A DNA stretch of 64,000 nucleotides from an uncultured Bdellovibrionales bacterium (GCA_964384235.1 CAYLJX010000001.1:169110-233109), one strand, 5' to 3'; positions 46,384 to 56,590 are shown, counted from the stretch's first letter. The notes: generated by a model not told the origin, from the letters alone. Program-made: numbers and translations.

Positions 46384-47328
46384 CTAACCCAGGATATCCT
46401 CGATTTCCTTGGCCAGACTGACGCGGTTACGTCCCTTCGCCTTGGAAACATAGAGGGCGCCGTCGGCTGCGTTGATGGCGCGATCGATTGCTGCCTCGAC
46501 CTCCAGGTTATTGAGATGCTCACTGTCGAGATGCACCTTGGCCACGCCGATGCTTGTCGTGATGCGAAGCGCTCCATCGGCAAAGAGGAAGGTATGGTCC
46601 GCTTCGATTTCTCGACGCAGCTTCTCGGCAAGTTCCAGGGCCCCTTTTTCGTCCTCCTGGATGATGACGAGGAACTCATCCCCTCCCTTTCGGCCGACGA
46701 TATCCGACCCGCGACGACGGAAGACTTCCAGAAGCTTCTTGGCGAATGCCGCAAGCGCCCTGTCCCCTTCCTTGTGTAATTGCATCTCGTCGTTCAGGAC
46801 CTTGAAGCCGTCGAGATCGAGGAAGATGACATACATCTCGGGCATCTCGAGCACGATGTCCGGATGCTGCTTCTCGATCTGTCGCAACGTGTGACCTATG
46901 AGACCGGCCTCACGTTGCATGGCGATCTTGATGCCACGCAAGTTCAGGATCCCGGTCAGCTCATCCAGGAAAGCGATTTCTTTCAGCTGATCCCTCTCCT
47001 TCGTCAGCTCAAGGATCGTTGTGGTCGCTCTTGCTATCACTTCCTGGTCCCGTTCGTGAGAAGCGGCCAGTTTCTTGAGGAGCCCTTCCAGTTTGATGAT
47101 CTCGTTCCGCGCTCTCGCGTGGGCGTTGATCATCGTTTTGGTCTGGCTTGAGGCCTCAGATACTGCATGCTCCAACACCTCCTTCTCTTTTTCGAGCCGC
47201 TGGTTTTCCTTGTGGAGCTGATTGAGCTCAGCCTGCTGCGGGAACAACTGAAACAACTTCTTGATCCACCCCCCGATGAGGAAGGCGGCGAAGTCAACCA
47301 TGCCGTTCTGTTCATTCTTGGTAGTCAT
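46384..47328 (-). CDS. Diguanylate cyclase (coiled coil plus GGDEF)
   Basis: DELTGILN, DLDGFK, RGSD-IVGRK-GGDEF, KAKGRNRV. Confidence 0.92.
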   Translation of the reverse strand: MTTKNEQNGMVDFAAFLIGGWIKKLFQLFPQQAELNQLHKENQRLEKEKEVLEHAVSEASSQTKTMINAHARARNEIIKLEGLLKKLAASHERDQEVIARATTTILELTKERDQLKEIAFLDELTGILNLRGIKIAMQREAGLIGHTLRQIEKQHPDIVLEMPEMYVIFLDLDGFKVLNDEMQLHKEGDRALAAFAKKLLEVFRRRGSDIVGRKGGDEFLVIIQEDEKGALELAEKLRREIEADHTFLFADGALRITTSIGVAKVHLDSEHLNNLEVEAAIDRAINAADGALYVSKAKGRNRVSLAKEIEDILG

Positions 47329-47566
47329 TTTCAGCCCTCCTCAGGCAAAAAGATGTGGAAAGTTGAGCGCAAAACAGAGGTCTTGGCACTCAGGGGGTGA
47401 TTTTAAGGTACAATTACCATTATAGTACAAAAACATATTTTTGTCAAGAGTGCTCGAGCGAGATTCTTTTGCTACAATACAGATGATTGTTTACCAATCA
47501 TTCACTCTTACTCTTGTTTTCTCTTCTCACTTTTGACTTTTAACCTTTGACTTTTGCCTTTACGTT

Positions 47567-48724
47567 ATGCGTCTCTCCTACTCCAGTCTCGATACCTACC
47601 AGACCTGTCCGCTCAAGTACAAGTTCCGCGAGATCGACAAGCTGTCTGAGCCCAAGTCCAAGGAGGCACAGTTCGGCACGCTCATCCACTCGGTGATGAA
47701 GTATATCCATACGCCGAGCCTCCTTCCCCCTACCCTGGAACAGGCGCTCGACCTCTATGCCAAGGGATTCAATCCGGAGACGTACGACAACGAACTCGAG
47801 GAACGCGCAGCCTTTTCCGCCGGCGTGCAGATGATTCAGAATTACTACGGGAACAACAAACCGGAGGATTTCACCATCGTCGACTTGGAAAGCCGTTTCG
47901 CTATCGAGATCGGAAACGAGGAAACAGGGAAACACATTGTCTCCGGTATCATCGACCGTATCGACAAGACCGCCGATGGCTACGAGATCATCGACTACAA
48001 GACGACGCGCAAGATGCCCTCGCAGGACAAGGTCGACAACGACATCCAGCTCTCCATCTATCTCACGGCGTTTCTCAAACGGTATCCCAAGGAAGCCGAG
48101 AACCTCGACAAGATCACGGTGAGCCTCTACTACCTCAAGCACGGCGTGAAGCTTTCTTCCAAGCGGACGAAAGAGCAACTGGAGAAGTTGGAAAAGACCT
48201 TCCTCGATGTCATACAGAGCATCGAAGAGGAGAAATTCGACCCTATCCTCTCCCCTCTCTGCGACTGGTGCGGGTATCAGAAGATCTGCCCCCTGTGGAA
48301 GCACAAGTTCGCCGAGACCCACAAAGTGGAAACGGACGAAGTGAAGCAGGCCATCGGCGACTATATGGATCTCAAATCGAAGATGAGCGAGGAGAAACTG
48401 CGTCTTGGCAAGCTTCAGTCCCTCATCCTCTCCTACATGGAACAGGAAGGCGTGGAGCGCGTCTTCGGCGAGCAAGGCATCATCGGCAAGTCGCTCCGGA
48501 AAACGTACAAGTACGATGAGGAGAAACTGAAAAATCTCCTCGAGCCGCTCGACAAGTGGGAGGCCGTTCTCAAGGTCGACGGCGTGGCGCTCCGTAACAT
48601 CCTGGCCGTCCTCCCCTCTTCCGTGAGACAGGAGGCCGAATCCGCCAAGACGATCGACAAGGAAAGCGTCTCGCTCTCCGTCAAGAAAGCGAAGATCGAG
48701 GCGGATGATGAGCTTGCGTTCTGA
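47567..48724 (+). CDS. PD-(D/E)XK nuclease family protein (AddB/RecB-like, four Cys)
   Basis: LSYSSL...CP, GIIDRID, IIDYKT, QL.IY, CDWC....IC. Confidence 0.9.
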   Translation: MRLSYSSLDTYQTCPLKYKFREIDKLSEPKSKEAQFGTLIHSVMKYIHTPSLLPPTLEQALDLYAKGFNPETYDNELEERAAFSAGVQMIQNYYGNNKPEDFTIVDLESRFAIEIGNEETGKHIVSGIIDRIDKTADGYEIIDYKTTRKMPSQDKVDNDIQLSIYLTAFLKRYPKEAENLDKITVSLYYLKHGVKLSSKRTKEQLEKLEKTFLDVIQSIEEEKFDPILSPLCDWCGYQKICPLWKHKFAETHKVETDEVKQAIGDYMDLKSKMSEEKLRLGKLQSLILSYMEQEGVERVFGEQGIIGKSLRKTYKYDEEKLKNLLEPLDKWEAVLKVDGVALRNILAVLPSSVRQEAESAKTIDKESVSLSVKKAKIEADDELAF

Positions 48725-48776
48725 AACGCTCCGTGACGTGATATACTAGAGGTGTCTTTTTTTGTAACCGATAAAT

Positions 48777-49922
48777 ATGAAAATCGAGCAGCGACGGTTC
48801 GTAAGCGGAAAGTGGGAGGCACCGGTTGGTCCGAACGTCGGCGCTACGGCGCAATTGGTCCTGGCGTTCGGAAGCCGGGCGCTGGTCGAGGACGAGAGCG
48901 CGTATAAGCAGCTCGCCGAGTGGTATCCGGCGGCCAATATCATCCTCGGTTCGACATCGGGTGAGATTTTCGATACGACAGTCGCGGATGACACGTTGTC
49001 TGTCGCGGCGATCTTTTTCGAAAAGACGACGGTGGTGGTCGGCAAGACGACCATCGAAAATTATGAGGAGAGCCGTGAGGTCGGACGTCGCCTGGCGGGA
49101 ACGCTTCCTCAGGAGGGTCTGACGCATGTGCTCGTATTTTCCGAAGGATTGAAGGTCAACGGGACGCAACTGGTAGCCGGTCTCGGTGAGGGTTTGCCGA
49201 AAAACGTTTCGGTGACAGGTGGTCTGGTCGGTGACGCGGAGCTTTTCAAGGAAACGGCGGTCGGTCTCGACGGACCGGCACAGTCCGGTATCGTGGTCGC
49301 GGTCGGTCTCTACGGAAACGCCCTCAAGGTCGGCTATGGGTCGCTCGGCGGTTGGGATCCCTTCGGTATCGAGCGCATCATCACCAAGTCCAAAGGCAAC
49401 ATCCTCTACGAACTCGACGGTCGCCCGGCCCTGGAGCTCTACAAGGAATATCTCGGTGATCAGGCCAAGGACCTCCCGGGCAGCGGTATCCTCTTTCCTC
49501 TGAGCATCGAGGTCAGAACCGGAGGAAAAGAGGCCAACGTCGTGCGCGCCGTCCTCTCCATCAACGAGGCCGATCAGAGCATGAACTTTGCCGGCGACGT
49601 ACCGGAAGGCGTTCCTGCCCAGCTCATGAAGGCCAATTTCGAACGCATCATCGAAGGCGCGGAAAAAGCCGCTAGCATGAGTATCGAGAGCATCGGGAAC
49701 GGTCAGGCCGAACTCGCCCTTCTGGTCTCCTGCATCGGCCGGAAGATGGTGCTTCGCGAACGGACCGAAGAAGAGCTCGAAGCGGTCCGCAACGTGGTCG
49801 GTCCGCAGGCGGTCATCACCGGTTTCTATTCGTACGGCGAGCTCTGTCCGACAGTCGCTACCGAAAAGCAGTGCCAGCTTCACAATCAGACGATGACCAT
49901 TACCACCCTGCGCGAAGAGTAG
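48777..49922 (+). CDS. FIST domain protein
   Basis: GSTSGEI, TGGLVGD, GGWDPFG, SCIGRK, GFYSYGE, LHNQT. Confidence 0.93.
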   Translation: MKIEQRRFVSGKWEAPVGPNVGATAQLVLAFGSRALVEDESAYKQLAEWYPAANIILGSTSGEIFDTTVADDTLSVAAIFFEKTTVVVGKTTIENYEESREVGRRLAGTLPQEGLTHVLVFSEGLKVNGTQLVAGLGEGLPKNVSVTGGLVGDAELFKETAVGLDGPAQSGIVVAVGLYGNALKVGYGSLGGWDPFGIERIITKSKGNILYELDGRPALELYKEYLGDQAKDLPGSGILFPLSIEVRTGGKEANVVRAVLSINEADQSMNFAGDVPEGVPAQLMKANFERIIEGAEKAASMSIESIGNGQAELALLVSCIGRKMVLRERTEEELEAVRNVVGPQAVITGFYSYGELCPTVATEKQCQLHNQTMTITTLREE

Positions 49923-49956
49923 TCATTCAAAAAGCAAAAAAACAAACACCACTTTC

Positions 49957-50673
49957 ATGACTTTCGATTTAAACTCTCTCAACCTGCATCCCACGCTCAA
50001 GCGGCAGATCACCAGGTATCTTCCTTCGGAGACGCCGGTTCTCGCTGTGCATGCGCCCATACTCAAAGCGATCAGTGAGACCTATACCCACGCCGACGAC
50101 GATCGGACGCTCTTTGGGCGCTCTCTGGACCTGAGTTCCAAGGAACTCTCTGGGAACGTCTCTCTGCTCAAGGCGACGCTTGAGGCGACGACCGACGGTA
50201 TCCTCGTGGTAGGAAGTGACGGCCGGATCGTCACTCACAACCAGAAATTCGTCGACATGTGGCACATCTCCAAGGAAGTGATGGCGACGCGGCAGGATGA
50301 CAAGGCGATCGAGTTTGTCCGGGAACAGCTCGTCGATCCGGAGACCTTTACGGAAAAGGTCAAAGAACTGTACAACCAGGCGGATGCCACAGGCTTTGAT
50401 ATCTTGGAGTTCAAGGACGGCCGTGTGTTCGAGCGCTATTCTATCCCCCAGAAGGTCAGAGGCAAGACCGTGGGTCGCGTCTGGAGTTTCCGCGACGTGA
50501 CGGAAAAGTACCGGTCGGAAAAAGACCTCGAGAAGAAGGTCGTCGAGCTCGAAAAGATGAACAAGTTCATGATCGAACGCGAGCTCAAGCTCGTCAACCT
50601 CAAGAAGGAACTCAAAGCCCTCAAGGCAAAGTACGGCGAATCCTCCCCTGCCGAGGAGGAGGAAGCGGTCTAA
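49957..50673 (+). CDS. PAS-domain protein with a C-terminal coiled coil
   Basis: ATLEATTDGILVV...N.KF..MW, DGRVFERYS, RVWSFRDVT. Confidence 0.88.
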   Translation: MTFDLNSLNLHPTLKRQITRYLPSETPVLAVHAPILKAISETYTHADDDRTLFGRSLDLSSKELSGNVSLLKATLEATTDGILVVGSDGRIVTHNQKFVDMWHISKEVMATRQDDKAIEFVREQLVDPETFTEKVKELYNQADATGFDILEFKDGRVFERYSIPQKVRGKTVGRVWSFRDVTEKYRSEKDLEKKVVELEKMNKFMIERELKLVNLKKELKALKAKYGESSPAEEEEAV

Positions 50674-51386
50674 GACCCTTTCTTTTGGATCGTCGCGACA
50701 ATCGCGGCGTGGTCACTTACACCGAATTGTAGTCGGACGTTTTCAGTCTGGTATTCCGGGGTACTGAAGAGCCCGTCGACCATGAACCGTACCGCTCCCT
50801 TGGTCTTGTGAAGGTTTGGATCCAGGCTGGTATCGTACTTGCTTGGGATATGATCTCGATATTTCATGGCGATCGTATCAAAGGTTTCCATTCCTCGGGG
50901 AGCGTTGAAGTCGCCGCAGAAAAGGATGTCACGGTAGCCGGAGAGGAGATCGAGAAATACGGAAAGGTCGCGACGTTGCCGGTCGTCAGGTTCCCCTTTT
51001 CCCGTGAAGGTGAAGTGCGTCGTTCCGATCGTGTAATCAGTCCCATCGCAAGAGACCGACCCGGTGAGAAGTACCCTGTTGACCACATGACCCCAGGTGA
51101 AATCTTTTGCGGAAAAATAATATTCGGTCCGGATATCCGTGAGCGGAAAGCGTGAAAACAAGCCGATACCGACCATTGCCTTTTCCTCGTCGGGATTTTC
51201 GATTGTACCCATTGGAGCGAAGGCATGATAATAGCCATATCTCTCTGCGAAATCGTGCACCTCGTTTTCCCGCAGCTCCTGAAGGCAGAGGATGTCTGGG
51301 TTTTCTCTCGCGACGAAATCACGGACCCGCGTTTGGTGCATGGTCCCGTCCGCCCCCTGGATATTGATGGATACGAGCTTGAGCAT
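50670..51386 (-). CDS. Endonuclease/exonuclease/phosphatase family protein
   Basis: PDILCLQE, GDFN, SDH. Confidence 0.9.
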   Translation of the reverse strand: MLKLVSINIQGADGTMHQTRVRDFVARENPDILCLQELRENEVHDFAERYGYYHAFAPMGTIENPDEEKAMVGIGLFSRFPLTDIRTEYYFSAKDFTWGHVVNRVLLTGSVSCDGTDYTIGTTHFTFTGKGEPDDRQRRDLSVFLDLLSGYRDILFCGDFNAPRGMETFDTIAMKYRDHIPSKYDTSLDPNLHKTKGAVRFMVDGLFSTPEYQTENVRLQFGVSDHAAIVATIQKKGS

Positions 51387-51395
51387 GGGACTCTT

Positions 51396-51740
51396 TCAGT
51401 TTAGTTCAGAAACGAGTTGAATCCTGATCGCAAGAACGCCGAATTCTTTCTCCTCTTCCGGAGTGTATGTCTTATACATTTTCATATATTCGTCCTGGCT
51501 GAGGCTCCCGTATTCATTCGGTGGAAAGGCAGCGAACATTTCTTTGAACGAAGGAAAGACTGATAGAGCGAGTATCTTGGTTAGGATTTTCTCTTCTTCA
51601 TCGTGCGCAAGACGAAACTCGATCTCGTCCCCTATTTTGAGCCGTCTTCTTTTCTCATCGTTCAATCTGATCTCGATGACTTTCGATCCATCCTTGATTT
51701 TCCCAAATCCGCTGGGATTGAGTTTCATGCGATGAAGCAT
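51396..51740 (-). CDS. ASCH-domain protein
   Basis: IKDGSKVIEIRLNDEKRR.LKIGD; GVLAIRI. Confidence 0.85.
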   Translation of the reverse strand: MLHRMKLNPSGFGKIKDGSKVIEIRLNDEKRRRLKIGDEIEFRLAHDEEEKILTKILALSVFPSFKEMFAAFPPNEYGSLSQDEYMKMYKTYTPEEEKEFGVLAIRIQLVSELN

Positions 51741-51916
51741 AGGGTTGACGGGTCTATATAACAACTGAAATATAGCCTTAAAACAAGCTTTTTTCAAGAG
51801 AGAAACAGTCTGAAATCCTAAGAGATAAAACGATAGTTTTGACAGGTTTTTGTTTCTTTGGCTTGAAAAAAATCCGATTTTGTGTAGAATAGGGAGGTAT
51901 ATTTTATGACCGATAT

Positions 51917-51988
51917 TGGGGAGTAGCCAAGCGGTAAGGCACCAGGTTCTGGCCCTGGTATGCGTAGGTTCGATCCCTACCTCCCCAG
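51917..51988 (+). tRNA. tRNA-Gln(CTG)
   Basis: TGGGGAG/CTCCCCA acceptor stem; CCAGG-TTCTGGC-CCTGG; no encoded CCA. Confidence 0.95.
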
Positions 51989-52039
51989 CACATCAAATCA
52001 AAGAACGTATCCTTCTTTGGGTGCGTTCTTTGATTTTAT

Positions 52040-52186
52040 CTGAAGAGTAGGAATCGAACAGTGAAAGGGGTCGGGAAAACTCCCGTTTTCCCGTTGCGGA
52101 GAGCAGCCCGTCAGGGCGCTGAGAACCGAGGGGTTCTCAGAGAGCGCCGAGTGAAACGAGAAGCGAGTGAGATCCTGCCTCCACAG
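52040..52186 (+). repeat. Family C structured element, copy 2 (tRNA-Gln-associated)
   Basis: Core shared with 6686-6824; termini resemble the tRNA-Gln 3' end and its complement. Confidence 0.85.
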
Positions 52187-52257
52187 TATTTCAACATAAA
52201 AAAATCGGGTGATTGGAAGGATTCCAACCACCCTTTTCATGTCATATGACCCGTCGG

Positions 52258-52689
52258 TCAGCTGCTGGTCCGTTGACCGTTTTTCGACCCGACCCCGAAG
52301 AATTCTGCCGCGTCGTCGACGTTTGTCATGCCGAACGGCTTCCCTTCGCCGTCTTCGATCGCCTTGCACACTTTTTTCATGCATTGGGCGAAGAGCTCGA
52401 CCGCATCTTCCCAGACACGCATGGTCTGTCGGAGCGATGTCTCAGACAGGGAGCGCTCCGGCTCATTACGGCCGTATCGGCTCAGGGAGACATTATGCTT
52501 CTTCCCGTCGCTACGGAGGGAAAGTCCTCGGATCACGTACAGGTCTTGCGTGTGTAGCTCTACCCAGACCTGGCCCAGATCAAGCGAGATTTTGCCGCGA
52601 GGACTGCGGCGGAGTTCGGGGTGTCCCTGAGGTCTTTTCCCTTGTAAGTCACCCAAGCGCCTCGGTGAAAGTTTGCTTTTAACAGTCAT
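52258..52689 (-). CDS. Hypothetical protein
   Basis: SD-like GGAGAG before ATG; no recognisable domain. Confidence 0.45.
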   Translation of the reverse strand: MTVKSKLSPRRLGDLQGKRPQGHPELRRSPRGKISLDLGQVWVELHTQDLYVIRGLSLRSDGKKHNVSLSRYGRNEPERSLSETSLRQTMRVWEDAVELFAQCMKKVCKAIEDGEGKPFGMTNVDDAAEFFGVGSKNGQRTSS

Positions 52690-52822
52690 GATTCTCTCCA
52701 TACCCGTTTTGGAAAACAGCTACTGTCATTTCTCGCATGACCCAGTCATTCTGTCAATGCAATCCGGTACCCTGGTCCTTTTCTGAAAAAAACGCGCCGT
52801 GGTCCTGTGGTCAGGTACGGCG

Positions 52823-53497
52823 CTAGAGGTTCTCGGCTTCGCGCAGGGCGGCACAGAGCTCCTTGTAGAGGAACTGGTACTTCCTGGCGAGATCCAAAAG
52901 GTGGATTTTCGTCTCACGCGTCTTGTACAGACGGCGGGCTCTGTCCCGGATGAAGCAGAGGGTGATGATGTTGTGGAGCCGGTCGCAGAGCTTCACCCGG
53001 ATCGACCCGGTATGTACCCGGCGCATCCTCCCTCTCATGCGGGGTTTCACGGCGTGGCTTCGTCTGATGCGGGTGTAATAATATGCGGCCCGATCCTCTT
53101 CGGAAGCGAAGTAATGCAGATGCGGGATGATGGTGCACTCATCGACGATCTTAGCGATGCTTCTTCCGAAGCGTGCCGCGATCTTGTACGTCGGCCATCT
53201 CGTCCAGAATTCCTCTTGGATGTCATGGAGGATGAGAGCACAGATTACCCGATAATCCTTGATGCCGGCGTAGATGACTCCGATCACCACGACGGCGTGG
53301 AGGTGGGTCATGTACGGTTCCCCGCTTTCGCGTCGGACGTTTGCGAATTCGTGCTCGGCGAGCTCGTAGGCGTCCTTGATGGAACGATAGCGGTGATCGG
53401 TACGTCTGAAGAGATGCCCTTCCAGATGACGGAAGAGCGACTGCTTGGAGGCGTAGCGCTCCAAGAGGCGGCGAATCTTCGCTAGTCTTCCGTCCAT
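52823..53497 (-). CDS. HD-domain protein, RelA/SpoT hydrolase-like (standalone)
   Basis: R.SGEPYMTH, LHD..E, VKLCDRLHN; SD AGGAG. Confidence 0.8.
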   Translation of the reverse strand: MDGRLAKIRRLLERYASKQSLFRHLEGHLFRRTDHRYRSIKDAYELAEHEFANVRRESGEPYMTHLHAVVVIGVIYAGIKDYRVICALILHDIQEEFWTRWPTYKIAARFGRSIAKIVDECTIIPHLHYFASEEDRAAYYYTRIRRSHAVKPRMRGRMRRVHTGSIRVKLCDRLHNIITLCFIRDRARRLYKTRETKIHLLDLARKYQFLYKELCAALREAENL

Positions 53498-53596
53498 GGT
53501 AAGTCTCCTGATTGGGTTGAATTGGGAAAGATCCAGACATTGAAACATACCCCATTTTAGGGTATTCGTCAAGGACCGTTTTTTGCTTCAGGGAAG

Positions 53597-54511
53597 CTAC
53601 ACTTTCAGATAGCGGCGGATGGCGATGATACTCGAGATGACCCCGAGGAAAACGCCGAGAAGAAGCAGTCCGATGAAGGTGAAGACGAAGTTCTGCAGGT
53701 AGAGATCCGTGAAATTCCCCTGGGGGATGGCTCCTTCGGTGAGCGGCGCGATGGCGCGGGCAGCGGCGAAGAGCAGGACCATCGTGACGACCGCCGCGGT
53801 GATGCCATAGAAGGCACCCTCGAAGAGGAAGGGTGTGCGGACGTAGAGGTTGGACGCGCCGACGAGACGCATGATCTCGAATTCCTGGCGGTGTGAGTAG
53901 ATGGTGATGCGGATGGTGTTGAACGTGATGAGGACGGCGATGAAGATGAAGATGGCGCCGAGGAACAATCCGGCCCTCTCCGTCGTCCGATTGATCTTCT
54001 CGACGCGGTTGAAGACTCGCTCATTCTTGTCGAAATTGGTGCGGCTCACGTCGTTCTGGAAGGTAGAGTTCTTGATTTCCTGGTCGATGAGGGCATAGTC
54101 CTCCGGGTGGACAGCCTTGATGGTGAGGGACGGCAGGAGCGGGTTCTCACCGATTTCCTCGACGGCCTGGACGATGATCGGGTCATGCTTGTTTTCCGCG
54201 AGGAACTGTGAGAGCGCTTCGTCACGGGAGATATATTCCACCGAGGCGATCTCCTTGGTGTACTTGGAGAGCTCGTCACGGATCTGGAGGATGCGTTCCT
54301 CGGGAACGTCCGGGTTGAATGAGACGATCATGTTCACCTTCTCCCGCATATTCTCGAGCATGAGCTTGGTCGTGACGCCCAGGAGGAATGAGAAGCCTAC
54401 GATGAACAGGGAAAAAGTCAGGATAGAGACCGTCGCGAAGGACAGCCAGCCGTTGCGCCGGAAGTTCTTCCCGCCTTCTTTGAACGTTCTCCAAAGTTTG
54501 AGCGTCTTCAT
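53597..54511 (-). CDS. ftsX: Cell division permease FtsX
   Basis: Four TM; NTIRITIYS..EFEIMRLVGA..PFLFEG. Confidence 0.93.
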   Translation of the reverse strand: MKTLKLWRTFKEGGKNFRRNGWLSFATVSILTFSLFIVGFSFLLGVTTKLMLENMREKVNMIVSFNPDVPEERILQIRDELSKYTKEIASVEYISRDEALSQFLAENKHDPIIVQAVEEIGENPLLPSLTIKAVHPEDYALIDQEIKNSTFQNDVSRTNFDKNERVFNRVEKINRTTERAGLFLGAIFIFIAVLITFNTIRITIYSHRQEFEIMRLVGASNLYVRTPFLFEGAFYGITAAVVTMVLLFAAARAIAPLTEGAIPQGNFTDLYLQNFVFTFIGLLLLGVFLGVISSIIAIRRYLKV

Positions 54512-54514
54512 ATC

Positions 54515-55216
54515 TTAGTGCAATAAATATTTCCCTTTGCTCTGGTCGTGACTAATTCGGCCTTTATCGATCGTCACCACGCGTTTGCCGAGCTTGTCGA
54601 CGATGCCCTTGTTATGCGTGGCGAGGAGGATGGTGGTGCCGAAGGAGTTGATCTCGACGAGGAGCTGGATGATATCGGCCGTCGAGACGGGGTCGAGGTT
54701 GCCGGTCGGTTCGTCGGCGATGATGACTTTGGGGCGATGGATGAGCGCCCGGGCGAGCGAGACGCGCTGCTGCTCCCCTCCCGAGAGCTGCTTGGGGAAG
54801 TGGTGCATCTTGCTCCCGAGGCCGACGATCTCGAGGATTTCCGGGACCTCTTGGTTGATTTCCGCCGAACTCTTGCCGTCGACTTCGAGGGCGTAGGCGA
54901 CGTTCTCAAACGCGGTTTTCTGCGGGAGGAGCTTGAAATCCTGGAAGACGGTACCGATGTTGCGGCGGAAGTATGGGAGGTGCTTGCGATTGATCTTCCC
55001 TAAAGGGCGTTCGTTGAAATACACCTCGCCTTGGGTGGGAACCTCCTCCGCGTAAATGAGTTTGAGGAGAGTCGATTTGCCGACACCCGAGGGGCCGACG
55101 ATGGAAAGAAACTCTCCCGGCATGATGCGGAGATTGATGTCCTCGAGGACGGCGAGGTCCGGACCGAACGTCTTGGAGACGTTTTCGAAACGGATGATGG
55201 GGTTGGTTTCTGGCAT
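54515..55216 (-). CDS. ftsE: Cell division ATP-binding protein FtsE
   Basis: [35 protein letters not shown]. Confidence 0.94.
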   Translation of the reverse strand: MPETNPIIRFENVSKTFGPDLAVLEDINLRIMPGEFLSIVGPSGVGKSTLLKLIYAEEVPTQGEVYFNERPLGKINRKHLPYFRRNIGTVFQDFKLLPQKTAFENVAYALEVDGKSSAEINQEVPEILEIVGLGSKMHHFPKQLSGGEQQRVSLARALIHRPKVIIADEPTGNLDPVSTADIIQLLVEINSFGTTILLATHNKGIVDKLGKRVVTIDKGRISHDQSKGKYLLH

Positions 55217-55231
55217 ATTGCTTTTAGAAGA

Positions 55232-56324
55232 CTATGTGGTGTGTTGGTATTTGAGAGTGCTTTCTATGAAAATTTTGAGGTGGCCGTCGAGGACTTTCGT
55301 CGTATCGCTCGTTTCGACATCGGTGCGGTGATCCTTGACCATGGTATAGGGATGGAGGACGTAGGAGCGGATCTGATTCCCCCACTCGGCGCTCTTGACC
55401 TCGCCGCGGAGCCTCCGCTTCTCGGCTTCCTGCTCCTCGAGTTTCTTCTGGATCAGCTTGCCGCGAAGCATCTTCATCGCTTCTTCGCGGTTCTGGAGCT
55501 GTGAGCGCTCGCTCTGGCAGGAGGCGACGAGACCGGTCGGGAGATGGGTGATGCGGACGGCTGATTCGGTCTTGTTGACGTTTTGTCCGCCGGCGCCCTG
55601 GGAACGGTAGGTATCGACACGGAGGTCGTCCGGCTTGATCTCGACGGAACGGTCGTCCTCGATGACCGGCATGACTTCGACGGAGGCGAACGAGGTCTGA
55701 CGGAGACTGTTGGCATTGAAAGGCGAGAGACGTACCAACCGGTGTACTCCGGCCTCACCGCGCAGGTAGCCGTAGGCATAGCGGCCGGAGACCTCGAACG
55801 TCACGCTCTTGATGCCGGCTTCGTTGCCGCGCGACTCGTCGAGGATGTGCGTGGCGAATCCTTCGTGCTCCGCGTAGCGCAGATACATCCGAAGGAGCAT
55901 CTCCGCCCAGTCCTGGGCGTCCACACCTCCGGCACCGGAGCGGATCGTGAGGAGTGCGCTCCCCGCGTCGTATTCCCCGCCGAGAAGCGTCCTGAATTCC
56001 CACTCCCCGATCGCTTGTTCGGCCGCGGCGTATTCCTGCTCCAAGCCGAGTGCGTCTTCGGGGCTCAAGTCTTCCAGGGAAGAGAGTCCTTCCAGGTCGG
56101 TCAAGGTCTTCTCGAGTTCCTGGAAAGAATCCCGTTCGTTCTGGAGCGCTTCGAGTTCCTGCATGACGCGTCCAGCCGACTGCGGATCGTTCCAAAAATC
56201 AGCCTGTTCGCTCCGTGTGCGGAGCTCCTGGATACGGACTTCCTTTCGGGCGAAGTCAAAGATAGTCCTGCAACTGCAGGAGTTTTTGTCGAAGAACCGT
56301 CACTTTTTCTTTCATTCCGTCCAT
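55232..56324 (-). CDS. prfB: Peptide chain release factor 2 (programmed +1 frameshift at 56255-56261)
   Basis: SPF and GGQ motifs; ORF1 ...QDYL then CTT-TGA-C, continuing in the +1 frame as DFARKE. Confidence 0.95.
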
Positions 56325-56392
56325 TGGTTTGGATTATACCATATTTCGCTGCCTTGAAAAAGAAAAACAGGTCATAGAGACCTGTCTCTTTG

Positions 56393-56465
56393 AGCCACCT
56401 GCCAGGATTGAACTGGCGACCTACGCGTTACGAGTGCGTCGCTCTACCAACTGAGCTAAGGTGGC
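56393..56465 (-). tRNA. tRNA-Thr(CGT)
   Basis: GCCACCT/AGGTGGC acceptor stem; loop CTCGTAA; no encoded CCA. Confidence 0.94.
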
Positions 56466-56540
56466 GTAAAACGTATTTCATCTTACATGAGAAAAGCAAA
56501 AATATCAACCAGCCTTCGTTCCCAGCTTTTCATATCCACC

Positions 56541-56590
56541 TTGACAGGTCTTTCCTCTCTTTGCTACTATACCTATACCATAGGTATAGG
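56541..56590 (+). promoter_or_regulatory. Promoter with a CsoR/RcnR-type operator
   Basis: TTGACA-N18-TACTAT, then inverted repeat CCTATACC-ATA-GGTATAGG. Confidence 0.72.

Noticed and set aside
47567-48724. Cas4 or a CRISPR system
   Set aside because: The nuclease has the four-Cys pattern, but there are no cas neighbours and no repeat-spacer array in the window.
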